DNA from: a virus
Lineage: Duplodnaviria; Caudoviricetes
IMG/VR virus record: IMGVR_UViG_3300042554_001750
Reading direction: 5' to 3' (one strand)
Length of the DNA stretch: 64,000 bases
The notes under the pieces were generated by a model that saw nothing but the letters and a program-made list of their open reading frames with translations, did not search any database and was not told the origin of the DNA. Made by a program: the position numbers and the translations under genes. How positions within the stretch are numbered: the first letter of the stretch is position 1; each line of letters starts with the position of its first letter. Below, in pieces: positions 1 through 9,029 of the stretch.

Positions 1-2
1 AT

Positions 3-1409
3 TCCAGCAAATGACACATATACTCTTTCAAGTACCTGTTCTACCATTTCATCTTGACCATAGAGTTTACCCTTGACATTTACTTCAAGATTTTTAATCT
101 TGTCAAGATTGTTGTTATTGAGTTTATTTGCAGGAACACCTGTGTACTTCTCAACTTGTTCGTAAATCAGATCCTTAGTGATATCTGCTCCTGTATTTTC
201 AAGCACCCGTTGTTTTGCGCAAGCCGCATCCAACAAGTCAATACTCTTATCAGGATTTTTACGGTCGTTAATATAACGCTGAGACATTTCTACAGCAGTA
301 ACAATAGCTTCTTCAGTAATGTTTACATTATGGAAATCATTAAGTCTAGGACTTAGACCTTTCAAGATACGGATAGTAGATTCATTAGAAGGTTCATCAA
401 CAGAAATTTTGTAGAATCTACGCATCAACGCACGATCCTTTTCAAAACTTTCGTAGAATTCTTCCCATGTTGTACTTGCAATAACCTTGAGTGTTCCCTT
501 AGTAATTGCTGGCTTGATCATGTTAGCAAAGTCTACCGAACCATTGCTACTTGATCCTGCACCTTGCATAGTGTGTGCTTCGTCAATAAAAAGGATAGCG
601 TTCTTTTTAGTGTTAAGAGCATCAAGGACATGCTTTACCTTTTCTTCAAAGTCACCGCGATACTTACTACCTGCAAGCAGACTTCCGATTTCAAGTGAAT
701 ACAATTCATATCCATTGAGGAAATCAGGAACTTCATCGTTTGCAAGAGCATTAGCAAGTCCTTCTACGATAGCAGTCTTGCCTACGCCCGGATCTCCCAC
801 CATCAATACATTTGATTTAAAACGCTTGGCAAGAACATTGATAATGTCATCCAATTCTTTGCTACGACCAATAACTGGTTCTAGCTTATTGTCTCTTGCA
901 AGTTGTGTAAGATTAGTAGTGTACTCACCTAGAATTTCTTCAGCTTGAGATTCAGTAAGTGTACTTTGATAGTCGCCACCCTTATATGACTTTTGCCAAT
1001 GCTGAACAAATTCATTTTTGTTTACGCCATACTTCAACAAAAAATAATGTGCGTGACTGTTACCCTCACTGGCAATACTCAAATACAAGTCAATAGTAGT
1101 AACTTGCCTGCGTCCAGTAAACAGAACTTGTGTTACTGAACGGTTCATAACTCTTTCTAAGCTATTTGTTTTTCTCGGTGCAACATCTGGCTCTTTGCTT
1201 TGAATTGCATGCAAGCCATTGAGATATGCATCCAATTCATGGCTCAACAAATCTACATCTGCTCCGAAGCTTGTTAAGCATTTCTTAAATGGGGGATGTT
1301 GTACCAAAGCCAAAAGTAAATGTTCCACTGTACAGTAGATATGTTTTTTACTTTTGGCATATTGAATTGCATGCTCAATGATGTTTTCAATTTCGGGAGA
1401 ATTTGTCAA
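3..1409 (-). CDS. clpA: ClpA/ClpB-family AAA+ chaperone, partial (runs off the left edge; not in the ORF track)
   Basis: Manual translation from TTG at 1409: MTNSPEIENIIEHAIQYAKSKKHIYCTVEHLLLAL (Clp N domain); Walker A VLMVGDPGVGKTAIVEGLA near 770-810; start of the second NBD (GQDEMVEQV) at the edge. TTGA overlap with the dnaJ stop. Confidence 0.9.
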   Translation of the reverse strand, partial: MTNSPEIENIIEHAIQYAKSKKHIYCTVEHLLLALVQHPPFKKCLTSFGADVDLLSHELDAYLNGLHAIQSKEPDVAPRKTNSLERVMNRSVTQVLFTGRRQVTTIDLYLSIASEGNSHAHYFLLKYGVNKNEFVQHWQKSYKGGDYQSTLTESQAEEILGEYTTNLTQLARDNKLEPVIGRSKELDDIINVLAKRFKSNVLMVGDPGVGKTAIVEGLANALANDEVPDFLNGYELYSLEIGSLLAGSKYRGDFEEKVKHVLDALNTKKNAILFIDEAHTMQGAGSSSNGSVDFANMIKPAITKGTLKVIASTTWEEFYESFEKDRALMRRFYKISVDEPSNESTIRILKGLSPRLNDFHNVNITEEAIVTAVEMSQRYINDRKNPDKSIDLLDAACAKQRVLENTGADITKDLIYEQVEKYTGVPANKLNNNNLDKIKNLEVNVKGKLYGQDEMVEQVLERVYVSFAG

Positions 1410-2209
1410 TTTGTGTTTCCTTTGTTTTTATAGCTTAAAATGCTTTGAATTACTTCATCATCTATTCTATCAGGAATGAATGTTTTTAGTACAATGAATT
1501 GGTCCCCATATTGACCCGAATTCATCTTGGGCATGCCTTGATTTGGAATCTTAAGATGCATGTGTGGCTGTGTTTTGGGTTGGATATTAACTTCTAATGT
1601 TTTACCCGATATTGTTTTGAATTCAAATGTTCCCCCTACTATCAAATCAAAAACAGACACAGTATGTTGGGAGTATAAATCATCACCCTGTCGTTCAAAT
1701 TTTAAATTGTGAATAATAACATATTCTACAATCAATGTGGCATTATCTAATACATTATCATACCTAAGTTGTTGCCCATGATGTATACCTTTGGGTATTT
1801 CTAAAGTAACAACCTTAGGTCCTTGGGGAGTTTGCAATTGTAAAATATGTGATTTACCGTTATACGCTTCATCTAATGTAACGGCTACCTGTGTTCTAAA
1901 GTTTTGTCTATGAAATCCCTGATGTCCTTGTTGCCCAAACATCTGACCAAAAATTTCGTCAATATTAAAACCATGTGCATGGAATTGAAATCCACCAGGG
2001 AACCCATGCATATTGTGGGCATGTGGATTATCATGTTGTGCCCGTTTTGCAGGGTCACTTAATATGTCGTATGCTTGTTGTATTTTTTGAAATTGAGCAG
2101 TATCGCCGCCGCGGTCAGGATGATGTTGTGCTGCTAGTTTTCTATATGCTTTTTTTATTTCGTCGGGAGTAGCATTTTTAGCTACTCCCAAAGTTTGATA
2201 GTGGTCCAT
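1406..2209 (-). CDS. dnaJ: DnaJ/CbpA-like co-chaperone
   Basis: J domain with HPD motif (QHHPDRGGD), G/F-rich linker, C-terminal substrate-binding domain; no zinc finger. Confidence 0.92.
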   Translation of the reverse strand: MDHYQTLGVAKNATPDEIKKAYRKLAAQHHPDRGGDTAQFQKIQQAYDILSDPAKRAQHDNPHAHNMHGFPGGFQFHAHGFNIDEIFGQMFGQQGHQGFHRQNFRTQVAVTLDEAYNGKSHILQLQTPQGPKVVTLEIPKGIHHGQQLRYDNVLDNATLIVEYVIIHNLKFERQGDDLYSQHTVSVFDLIVGGTFEFKTISGKTLEVNIQPKTQPHMHLKIPNQGMPKMNSGQYGDQFIVLKTFIPDRIDDEVIQSILSYKNKGNTN

Positions 2210-2215
2210 ATATTG

Positions 2216-2244
2216 ATTATAACACTAACTTAGTGCAATGTCAA
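2216..2244 (-). promoter_or_regulatory. sigma70-type promoter for dnaJ-clpA
   Basis: TTGACA-17 bp-TATAAT; the ATG lies 6 nt downstream of the -10 box. Confidence 0.8.
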
Positions 2245-2247
2245 TAT

Positions 2248-2817
2248 TTATTTTGCTGCACCTTCAATTTTTTCTTTTGTGCGACCATATGCAGCGATAC
2301 CAAGAACAGCACCCATAGCAATATGGTATAGTCCAGCACCTTGCAATGTCAAGGGCTGCCACTGACTAGTAACTTGACCTTTACTCATTGCTTGTAATAC
2401 AGACCATAATACTGGAAAAATTACAAAGTCAAAGAAGCAAGTTAACATATATAGCCATCCCATTGCAGGACGCCATTTCTTATTGATCCAATCAGTAGAT
2501 TCTTTATCATGTGCAACCAATACATCAGCACCTTGAGCAGCATTGCTACCTGCTTGTGTTAAATTCATTTGCTGCTGAGGGGCTTGATTTATTTGTGTTC
2601 CGATATTGGTTGTTCCCCCGAACCCGGAATTTGAAGACGAACCGAAGCCTCCTGCGGATGGTGCACCAAATGAATTGGATACACTTGTTGTTCCAAAAGA
2701 ACTGCCTTGAGGAAATTGTTGTATTGTTGGATCTGCGGCAAGTTGCGCGTGATGATTGTCATCCGTTGCTATTGGATTTTCAAATCCTGCTTTTTTAGGT
2801 AAAATTGTCGTAGCCAT
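2248..2817 (-). CDS. 3TM holin-family membrane protein with FG-rich N-terminal extension
   Basis: C-terminal WINKKWRPAMGW...LGIAAYGRTKEK pattern typical of the GTA-type 3TM holin family. Confidence 0.65.
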   Translation of the reverse strand: MATTILPKKAGFENPIATDDNHHAQLAADPTIQQFPQGSSFGTTSVSNSFGAPSAGGFGSSSNSGFGGTTNIGTQINQAPQQQMNLTQAGSNAAQGADVLVAHDKESTDWINKKWRPAMGWLYMLTCFFDFVIFPVLWSVLQAMSKGQVTSQWQPLTLQGAGLYHIAMGAVLGIAAYGRTKEKIEGAAK

Positions 2818-2819
2818 GT

Positions 2820-3371
2820 TTACATCCCTGCTATTGCTTTTAAATTTTTGATTTCTTGGTCTTGTGCTTCTTGAGTTGGTTTAGTTGCAAGTCCAGCAAT
2901 TTCTCTCATCTCATTTAATTCTTCTTCGTTTTCTTTTTCTTTTTTATAAACATTTGGATTTGTAATAATTACCTGACGCAATACATGTTCATCAGCATCA
3001 TAATCCTCATCATCAACTTGTACAGTCCACTCAGTTAATTTTAATCCTGTCAAAGTTTTTAGGTCTGAAAGTAATTCTACGATGCGACCAGGTACAGTTG
3101 ATCTTCTGCTTAATTCAACAAATACTAAGTATTTTCCAATGTCAATCTCACTGTCACTTAAACTAGCATCTAAAACCCAGTCATAACCTCTTTCAAACCA
3201 ATCAACTAAATCATTTCCTACTTGTTCGGATTTTACTGTGAAAGCTAAAGTAACTATGTCTTTATCTTCACCCATTTTAGCCGCATACTCATCTACTGTA
3301 ACGGTAGGAAAAACTTGATTTTCCATATCGTGAAAATCTAAGCCTTCAGTAATAAAAATTCTATCTTTCAT
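2820..3371 (-). CDS. hypothetical phage protein
   Basis: 183-aa ORF tightly packed in the operon. Confidence 0.8.
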   Translation of the reverse strand: MKDRIFITEGLDFHDMENQVFPTVTVDEYAAKMGEDKDIVTLAFTVKSEQVGNDLVDWFERGYDWVLDASLSDSEIDIGKYLVFVELSRRSTVPGRIVELLSDLKTLTGLKLTEWTVQVDDEDYDADEHVLRQVIITNPNVYKKEKENEEELNEMREIAGLATKPTQEAQDQEIKNLKAIAGM

Positions 3372-3373
3372 GA

Positions 3374-3949
3374 TTATTTTGTAGCTTCTTGATTTGATTC
3401 TTGATTTTCAGTGTTTTCACTTTGGTCAATATTTTCTTTATCTAAATCTTCTTCGTATGCATTTTCAATTTCTTCTAAATCTACGGTCTGATCAGATAAA
3501 TCTATGTATCCTTCTTTGATATCGTTCATTAAGTCTTTTGGTATTGTAATTTTAACAAACCAAACTTTTCGTTCTTTCCACTTAGGATAGCGAGTTCCGG
3601 GCTCAAAGTCATCGTAATCTTTGACTTCAATAGGTACTTTAATTTCACTTTTGCCAAAAGATACATCACATCCCAAAGCAGCTAATCTTTTGATTGCACT
3701 TGGATCGGGCATAAGTTTGTATGGCCACATGAATACACAAGAAACTGTGTATCTACCAATATTAGGCCCTTGTACTAATTCACCTAGCTGCCAATTTTTA
3801 AAAGCATATAAATCGGCTTCGTCTAATACTCGTTCGTAGTCCAATAAGGTAGACATAGAACCATCGCTGGTCATGATACCTTTAACTGTGCTTATAATAC
3901 TTACAAAGTCAATGTCGTCAAAGAAGTTGTCTGCGGATTTATGTTTCAT
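3374..3949 (-). CDS. hypothetical phage protein
   Basis: 191-aa ORF preceded by GATAAATA (3954-3961). Confidence 0.8.
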   Translation of the reverse strand: MKHKSADNFFDDIDFVSIISTVKGIMTSDGSMSTLLDYERVLDEADLYAFKNWQLGELVQGPNIGRYTVSCVFMWPYKLMPDPSAIKRLAALGCDVSFGKSEIKVPIEVKDYDDFEPGTRYPKWKERKVWFVKITIPKDLMNDIKEGYIDLSDQTVDLEEIENAYEEDLDKENIDQSENTENQESNQEATK

Positions 3950-4116
3950 CTTGTATTTATCAAGATATAAAAGAAATTGAAAGATTGAAATTTTTACCCT
4001 TAGCCTAATATTTATCTAGGAATTTGTGTAAAAACATGCACATTTTACAGTATGCATGACCTTTTTAAATAACATTGAATGTTGCAACATTTACTGCTCT
4101 TAAAAAGGAGAAAAAC

Positions 4117-4896
4117 TTGAGCAAAAGAAAAACTAGTGCATTACGCAATAATATCCAAGATACACGCTCACATTCAAAACAATCAGATCAAACATTCTAC
4201 ATGAAAGAGTCTAAAACTATTGACTTCAATAAGGGACAACTAAAGGTTAAAGTACGAAAACCAGTTGACCTAATCCCCAAAACCCTAAATCAAGAAAAGT
4301 ATATACTTTCGCTACTTGACAATGAAACCGACATTGTAGTAGTATCGGGGCCAGCGGGCACGGGTAAAACTTATTTGGCAATGGTTGCAGCCATCAAAGC
4401 AATGCGCTCTGGTGAATGCAGTTCAATCATTTTAACTAGACCTGCAGTAGGTGTAGACGATGAAAAACATGGATTCTTACCCGGCGATTTAAATCAAAAG
4501 ATGGAACCATGGACTCGTCCATTACTTGATGTACTCAGAGAATATTATTCGGTTAAAGAAATACAACAAATGCTAGAAGAACAAATTATAGAAATAGCAC
4601 CCCTAGCATTTTGCAGAGGCAGAAATTTCAAAAATAGCTGGGTAATATTAGATGAGGCTCAAAACGCTACTCCAAGTCAATTAAAAATGATTATGACAAG
4701 AATAGGAGTAGGAAGCAAAATTGTAATTACAGGTGATGTTGAACAGACTGACCGAAAATCTACTCAAAATGGTTTACAAGACCTTGTAGATAGATTACAA
4801 GAATCCAAAGTTCCAGGATTAACTTCGTGTAAATTTGATATCCGTGATGTACAGCGACACAAAATCATAGAACATGTGTTGAAACTATACTCTTAA
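4117..4896 (+). CDS. phoH: PhoH-family ATPase
   Basis: GPAGTGKT Walker A; RGRNF, ILDEAQN and GDVEQTD motifs. Likely start is TTG 4117 after AAGGAG. Confidence 0.93.
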   Translation: MSKRKTSALRNNIQDTRSHSKQSDQTFYMKESKTIDFNKGQLKVKVRKPVDLIPKTLNQEKYILSLLDNETDIVVVSGPAGTGKTYLAMVAAIKAMRSGECSSIILTRPAVGVDDEKHGFLPGDLNQKMEPWTRPLLDVLREYYSVKEIQQMLEEQIIEIAPLAFCRGRNFKNSWVILDEAQNATPSQLKMIMTRIGVGSKIVITGDVEQTDRKSTQNGLQDLVDRLQESKVPGLTSCKFDIRDVQRHKIIEHVLKLYS

Positions 4897-4920
4897 AAAT
4901 GGGGCTTAGGCCCCATTTTT
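4895..4920. terminator. bidirectional intrinsic terminator
   Basis: AAAAATGGGGC-TTAG-GCCCCATTTTT between convergent genes. Confidence 0.85.
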
Positions 4921-5185
4921 ATTCGGCTTTTGAAGTAATAGTTGCTTCTTTTTCTAGTTGCTCAACTAGATTGGGATAAATTTTCTTATAATATTCCTGC
5001 ATCTTTTCCCAATCAGTATCTACAATCTTACCTTCAATAACACATTTATTGACTGTTTTTGAAACGAAATCCATAATAACATTACATGTTTGTAGATCGG
5101 CTGGCTTGATCCGTTTTGAAACTACAACCTGTTCGTCAATCTGCCCACCGGGCTTTCTAATAAAAGTTATAAGTAAATATCTCAT
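4919..5185 (-). CDS. hypothetical protein
   Basis: 88-aa ORF with ATGA overlap to the upstream gene. Confidence 0.8.
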   Translation of the reverse strand: MRYLLITFIRKPGGQIDEQVVVSKRIKPADLQTCNVIMDFVSKTVNKCVIEGKIVDTDWEKMQEYYKKIYPNLVEQLEKEATITSKAE

Positions 5186-6105
5186 GATGTTAGTTCTGCT
5201 AATGTTGCTGCCAAACTGATTTCGGGAATTCCTACTAGTGGAAGATTGGCAAGACCGTTCCTTATAATAATGATACTTTCGTCTTTCTTTTCTTGTGTAC
5301 TACCCCAAAGATCAATATTATCATACATCCATTTATAAGTATCTTCAATTCGTGTAGGATGCAGACTAATATATTGCATCAGTCGTTGTCTTCCTTCAAG
5401 AATTTTTCCAGCCTTGAATAATTGAGTCGCTTCAATCAACAATTCATGTTCACTAGCACCCTGACTTTGTGAGGGTAGAAGCTTACCACTGTTGCTATTG
5501 ACTTGAAGTTGATTCAAGCATTTGCGTAAATCTGGATAAGTTCCTCGCACATAAGTATCCAATGTATCTAAATCAAACTCAACATTTTCAGTTACAAGAA
5601 CAGTGGCTGCTCTTGCTGTGAATTCTGTCATGTCCGTTTTAGCAATATGGAATTCGTGACAGCGTGACTTCAACGCAGGAATAATCTTGTGTGCATAGTT
5701 ACAAGTTAGAATATATCTAACAGTCATATGATATGCTTCCATATCATTACGCAATGCTGCCTGACTTGGTTGAGTTAGATAGTCAGCCTCATCTAGTAAT
5801 ACGACTTTAAACTTACCAAAGGGCATTGTTTGAACAAAGCCATTGATCTTTTCACGCAACATATCAATACCGTTTTCACGGCTTGCGTTGATTTCAAGTA
5901 CATCAAAATCTTCTACACCAAGTTCGTTTATAAGAACTTTAGCCAGTGTAGTTTTACCTGTACCCGGATCACCACTGAACAGTAGATGCGGAATACTTTC
6001 GTCAGTAATCCATTGTTTTACTTGTTGTCTTTGCCGATCATCAACAAAAACATACTCATCTACTGTACCAGGACGATATTTCTCTACCCAAAGTTGATTC
6101 TTCAT
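5182..6105 (-). CDS. gp44: clamp loader ATPase subunit (T4 gp44/RFC-like)
   Basis: WVEKYRP, GDPGTGKT, LEINASRENGID, LLDEAD and SRC motifs. Confidence 0.93.
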   Translation of the reverse strand: MKNQLWVEKYRPGTVDEYVFVDDRQRQQVKQWITDESIPHLLFSGDPGTGKTTLAKVLINELGVEDFDVLEINASRENGIDMLREKINGFVQTMPFGKFKVVLLDEADYLTQPSQAALRNDMEAYHMTVRYILTCNYAHKIIPALKSRCHEFHIAKTDMTEFTARAATVLVTENVEFDLDTLDTYVRGTYPDLRKCLNQLQVNSNSGKLLPSQSQGASEHELLIEATQLFKAGKILEGRQRLMQYISLHPTRIEDTYKWMYDNIDLWGSTQEKKDESIIIIRNGLANLPLVGIPEISLAATLAELTS

Positions 6106-6791
6106 TCTTTCTTTTCACCAAAAAGTTGTAGTAACGACAAGAAGATATTAATGAAATCTAGGTACAATGTCAATGCCCCTGACACTTCCGCTGCACCCGT
6201 ATCAGTATCATAACTGACCATTTCACGAATCTTTTGGGTGTCATATGCTGTTAGTCCCAAAAAGATAATAATAGCCAAAGCACTAATAACCATAGCACCC
6301 ACAGTACTACCAATGAAAATATTAATGATAGAGGCAATAATAATGGCAATGAGACCAACAAACATAAACTTGCCAAGACTATCAAGGTTGCTCTTAGTAA
6401 AGTACCCATATAAACTCATGACTCCAAATAATACGGCAGCACCCATAAATGCTGTAAAGATGCTACCCATTTGATATACAGCAAAGATTGTAGCAAAGCT
6501 AAGTCCCATCAATGCCGCAAAACCGTATAGCATTAGTTGTGCTATTGATTTTGGAGGATTAGCGTTAAGTGCTGCTGAGATACCAAATATTGCAACCAGT
6601 GGTAGAAAAATAACAACCCACTTTAGCCAACCTGTAAAGAAAAATTCTAGCAATGCTGGAGTAGTTCCAACAAAATAACTTACAAACATACTTACAAGAA
6701 CAGCAAGGCTCATGTGTTGATATACTCTTGCCATCGCTGTGTTGATTTGTTCAGCATTTCTATATGCTGGAATAGCTTCAGTGTAAAACAT
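6102..6791 (-). CDS. Bax inhibitor-1/YccA-family membrane protein
   Basis: About seven hydrophobic segments; AYDTQKI and ALTLYLDFINIFLSLL signature. Confidence 0.9.
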   Translation of the reverse strand: MFYTEAIPAYRNAEQINTAMARVYQHMSLAVLVSMFVSYFVGTTPALLEFFFTGWLKWVVIFLPLVAIFGISAALNANPPKSIAQLMLYGFAALMGLSFATIFAVYQMGSIFTAFMGAAVLFGVMSLYGYFTKSNLDSLGKFMFVGLIAIIIASIINIFIGSTVGAMVISALAIIIFLGLTAYDTQKIREMVSYDTDTGAAEVSGALTLYLDFINIFLSLLQLFGEKKE

Positions 6792-6794
6792 AGT

Positions 6795-7085
6795 TTAACT
6801 CCTTAAATTTTGATATGTAATAATTTTTCCAATTTCAGAACCAAGGTCCTTATCATCAGTAATAATATGTAGATTCATGTTATTTTCATCGCGCTTTCTG
6901 TCATATTGGCGAGTTTCAATAACGAATCCACCGTCAGCACGATAAACACTAAAATTCATGCCGTGAGTATTCAGTGACCGTTCTGATACGGTTGCTAACC
7001 TGGGTGATATATCTTTCTCTAGTTGATTAGCATCTTCCCATGCCTCACGACACATTTTAGCAAACCATTTTTTAAAAAAACTCAT
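6795..7085 (-). CDS. hypothetical protein
   Basis: Likely start ATG 7085 (MSFFKKW), with ATGA overlap to the upstream stop. Confidence 0.75.
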   Translation of the reverse strand: MSFFKKWFAKMCREAWEDANQLEKDISPRLATVSERSLNTHGMNFSVYRADGGFVIETRQYDRKRDENNMNLHIITDDKDLGSEIGKIITYQNLRS

Positions 7086-7717
7086 TGTAAATTTACCTTT
7101 CCTCCGCACTTAGGGCATACAAAAGCACCCTCACTATCTTCGTCAGGATTCTCAACTAACTCCATAATATCGTCAGTTACAAAATCGCAACTTTCACATT
7201 TGAATTGTGCGTATTCTGCAGGTTCGGTAGCATTCTCAAAAGGCCAAGCGGCACCGGGCTTTAATTCAACTGAACTAATTTCTGTAGTTTCTTCGTGTTC
7301 GCCTGTTGTGAAACTTTCACCTTCTGTGCCATCATCATTGATTCTTGTGATTTCTAAATCACAATCAATGATCATTTCACATTCATCTTGCGTCCAGCCA
7401 TGATCACATTCAAGGTCTAACCAACTGTTACCTTCATCAAAGAATTCTTCAAGCCATTCTTGTGTTTCTTCGTCACAATCATCCAGATCATGGTCTTCCC
7501 AACAACCGTCGGTAGTTTCAATTAGTTCGCTTTCATATCCGCAGTTATAGATATCTACCCCTGCTTCAATTTTGGGAGGATTATCGTCGTCAGTGTAAAC
7601 ATAAAATTCACCCCAGCGCCAACCTGTTTCAACCATAATAGTATTGTCATCTTTGGTCAAGTAGTTGCGTTCAACTACTGACTTCTTCCAGGTTGGTTCT
7701 ACTTTCCAAGTTGCCAT
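7082..7717 (-). CDS. acidic hypothetical protein with C-terminal zinc ribbon
   Basis: CESC...CPKC at the C terminus; likely start ATG 7717 after AAGG. Confidence 0.75.
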   Translation of the reverse strand: MATWKVEPTWKKSVVERNYLTKDDNTIMVETGWRWGEFYVYTDDDNPPKIEAGVDIYNCGYESELIETTDGCWEDHDLDDCDEETQEWLEEFFDEGNSWLDLECDHGWTQDECEMIIDCDLEITRINDDGTEGESFTTGEHEETTEISSVELKPGAAWPFENATEPAEYAQFKCESCDFVTDDIMELVENPDEDSEGAFVCPKCGGKVNLQ

Positions 7718-7718
7718 T

Positions 7719-8087
7719 TTAATATACCTTATCACTCATTGTATGATCATTGACGGGTTCATCACTCACCATGAGTACTTCATTGTTATCAACTTTACGG
7801 ATAACTTTTTCACCCTCGTCATCTTCTATTTTAATCCCTCTTGTCCAACGACCGTGACTGATTAGGATATATTGCCCAACCTGTATGTCCTTTTGTTCGG
7901 GTCCAATAGCATATACCTTTGCCCATCTTGGACGAATGCCCGAACTTTTCATATCATCATTTAACAATACGATGCCACCATTACTAATACGTTCATCAAA
8001 TGTCATATCAGATACAATGATAGTATCATTTAATGGATACAACTTTTTGATTTTGTGCGCTGCGTAGGCTAACTTTTTATCTTCCAT
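7719..8087 (-). CDS. groES: GroES/Cpn10-like co-chaperonin
   Basis: PLNDTIIV...GGIVL...VYAIGP...IQVGQYIL pattern of Cpn10. Confidence 0.8.
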   Translation of the reverse strand: MEDKKLAYAAHKIKKLYPLNDTIIVSDMTFDERISNGGIVLLNDDMKSSGIRPRWAKVYAIGPEQKDIQVGQYILISHGRWTRGIKIEDDEGEKVIRKVDNNEVLMVSDEPVNDHTMSDKVY

Positions 8088-8464
8088 TACTCTTCCTCTT
8101 TATTGCTGGCCTTTTTGATTTCTTCTACTTCAAAATCATCTTCCATTTCAGCAATAAGTTCTATTTCTTCTTGGGTTAATTCTTCTTCTTTGGGTAGTTC
8201 AGCTAACACAATCTGTTCCTGGATTGGTTCAGGTTGAATTTTATCGGCGACTGCTCTAACTGGATTAGCTGTTCTATTACCCACAGTCTTAGAATAGTTT
8301 TTGTTAACCTTTGAAGTAACGGGCTGAATGATTCTGCCATTACTATCAATCGTGTCTCCGCGGGCGTTAACCTTCATATTTCCAACAGCCCTAGTTTTGT
8401 CATTTTTTGTAACCAGTGCCGACATATCAAAAGGTTTACCCAATGCTGTTCTGCGAATAACCAT
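8087..8464 (-). CDS. hypothetical protein
   Basis: 125-aa ORF with AGGAG RBS and upstream GTAAATA. Confidence 0.8.
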   Translation of the reverse strand: MVIRRTALGKPFDMSALVTKNDKTRAVGNMKVNARGDTIDSNGRIIQPVTSKVNKNYSKTVGNRTANPVRAVADKIQPEPIQEQIVLAELPKEEELTQEEIELIAEMEDDFEVEEIKKASNKEEE

Positions 8465-8486
8465 AATAATCTCCTTAAAAATGTAT

Positions 8487-8993
8487 TTACTTCAAAAACT
8501 CGTCAATTGACAAATCATAGAATATTGAATTGATTTTGTGTACTCCCAAGAGATACAAAACATAACTTGCTACGCTACTACCTCGTCCTACTCCCCAAAC
8601 AATATTATGTTGTCGCATCGTGTCTACTAAAAATTTAAGATACCTTAGTAGGTCAAACATATCCCGTTCTTGATACAACAAAAGTTCTTGACCCACCCGT
8701 TGCAATTCAACTTCCGTAGTACACAAATCTAAAACATATTTGGCTATATCCAGTTGTTTATACTGTTCGGGCATGAGCCACTGTCTTTGTAGTCCCAAAT
8801 CAAAATCCTCAACAGACAAGTTAGTTGGGATGTATTGTTCAATTTGGGGAATGTCTGACAAATCTAAAGATTCGTCAAATAAAATTTCCTTGTCAGTCAA
8901 AACTTTAGACAAAGAGATTTCAGGATTCTTTAGATAGAATTCACATAAGTCTGTTTCAGAATAAATCTTCTGACCATAAATATCTTGGCGCAT
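8487..8993 (-). CDS. dnaE: DNA polymerase III alpha (DnaE)-like fragment, N-terminal piece
   Basis: RVGQELLLY...WGVGRGSSVASYVLYLLGVHKINS...EFLK matches the DnaE segment GPGRGS...LGIT...ERFL. Confidence 0.8.
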   Translation of the reverse strand: MRQDIYGQKIYSETDLCEFYLKNPEISLSKVLTDKEILFDESLDLSDIPQIEQYIPTNLSVEDFDLGLQRQWLMPEQYKQLDIAKYVLDLCTTEVELQRVGQELLLYQERDMFDLLRYLKFLVDTMRQHNIVWGVGRGSSVASYVLYLLGVHKINSIFYDLSIDEFLK

Positions 8994-8999
8994 TTAGAT

Positions 9000-9029
9000 A
9001 TTATAAAGCATACCAACTACTGGTGTCAA
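9000..9029 (-). promoter_or_regulatory. sigma70-type promoter for the DnaE N-piece
   Basis: TTGACA-18 bp-TATAAT; ATG 6 nt downstream of -10; no SD. Confidence 0.7.

Noticed and set aside
487-948. Plus-strand 153-aa ORF and the many other plus-strand ORFs opposite fibre, sheath and replication genes
   Set aside because: These are antisense shadows of well-supported minus-strand genes with biased codon usage; they have no RBS and no motifs.
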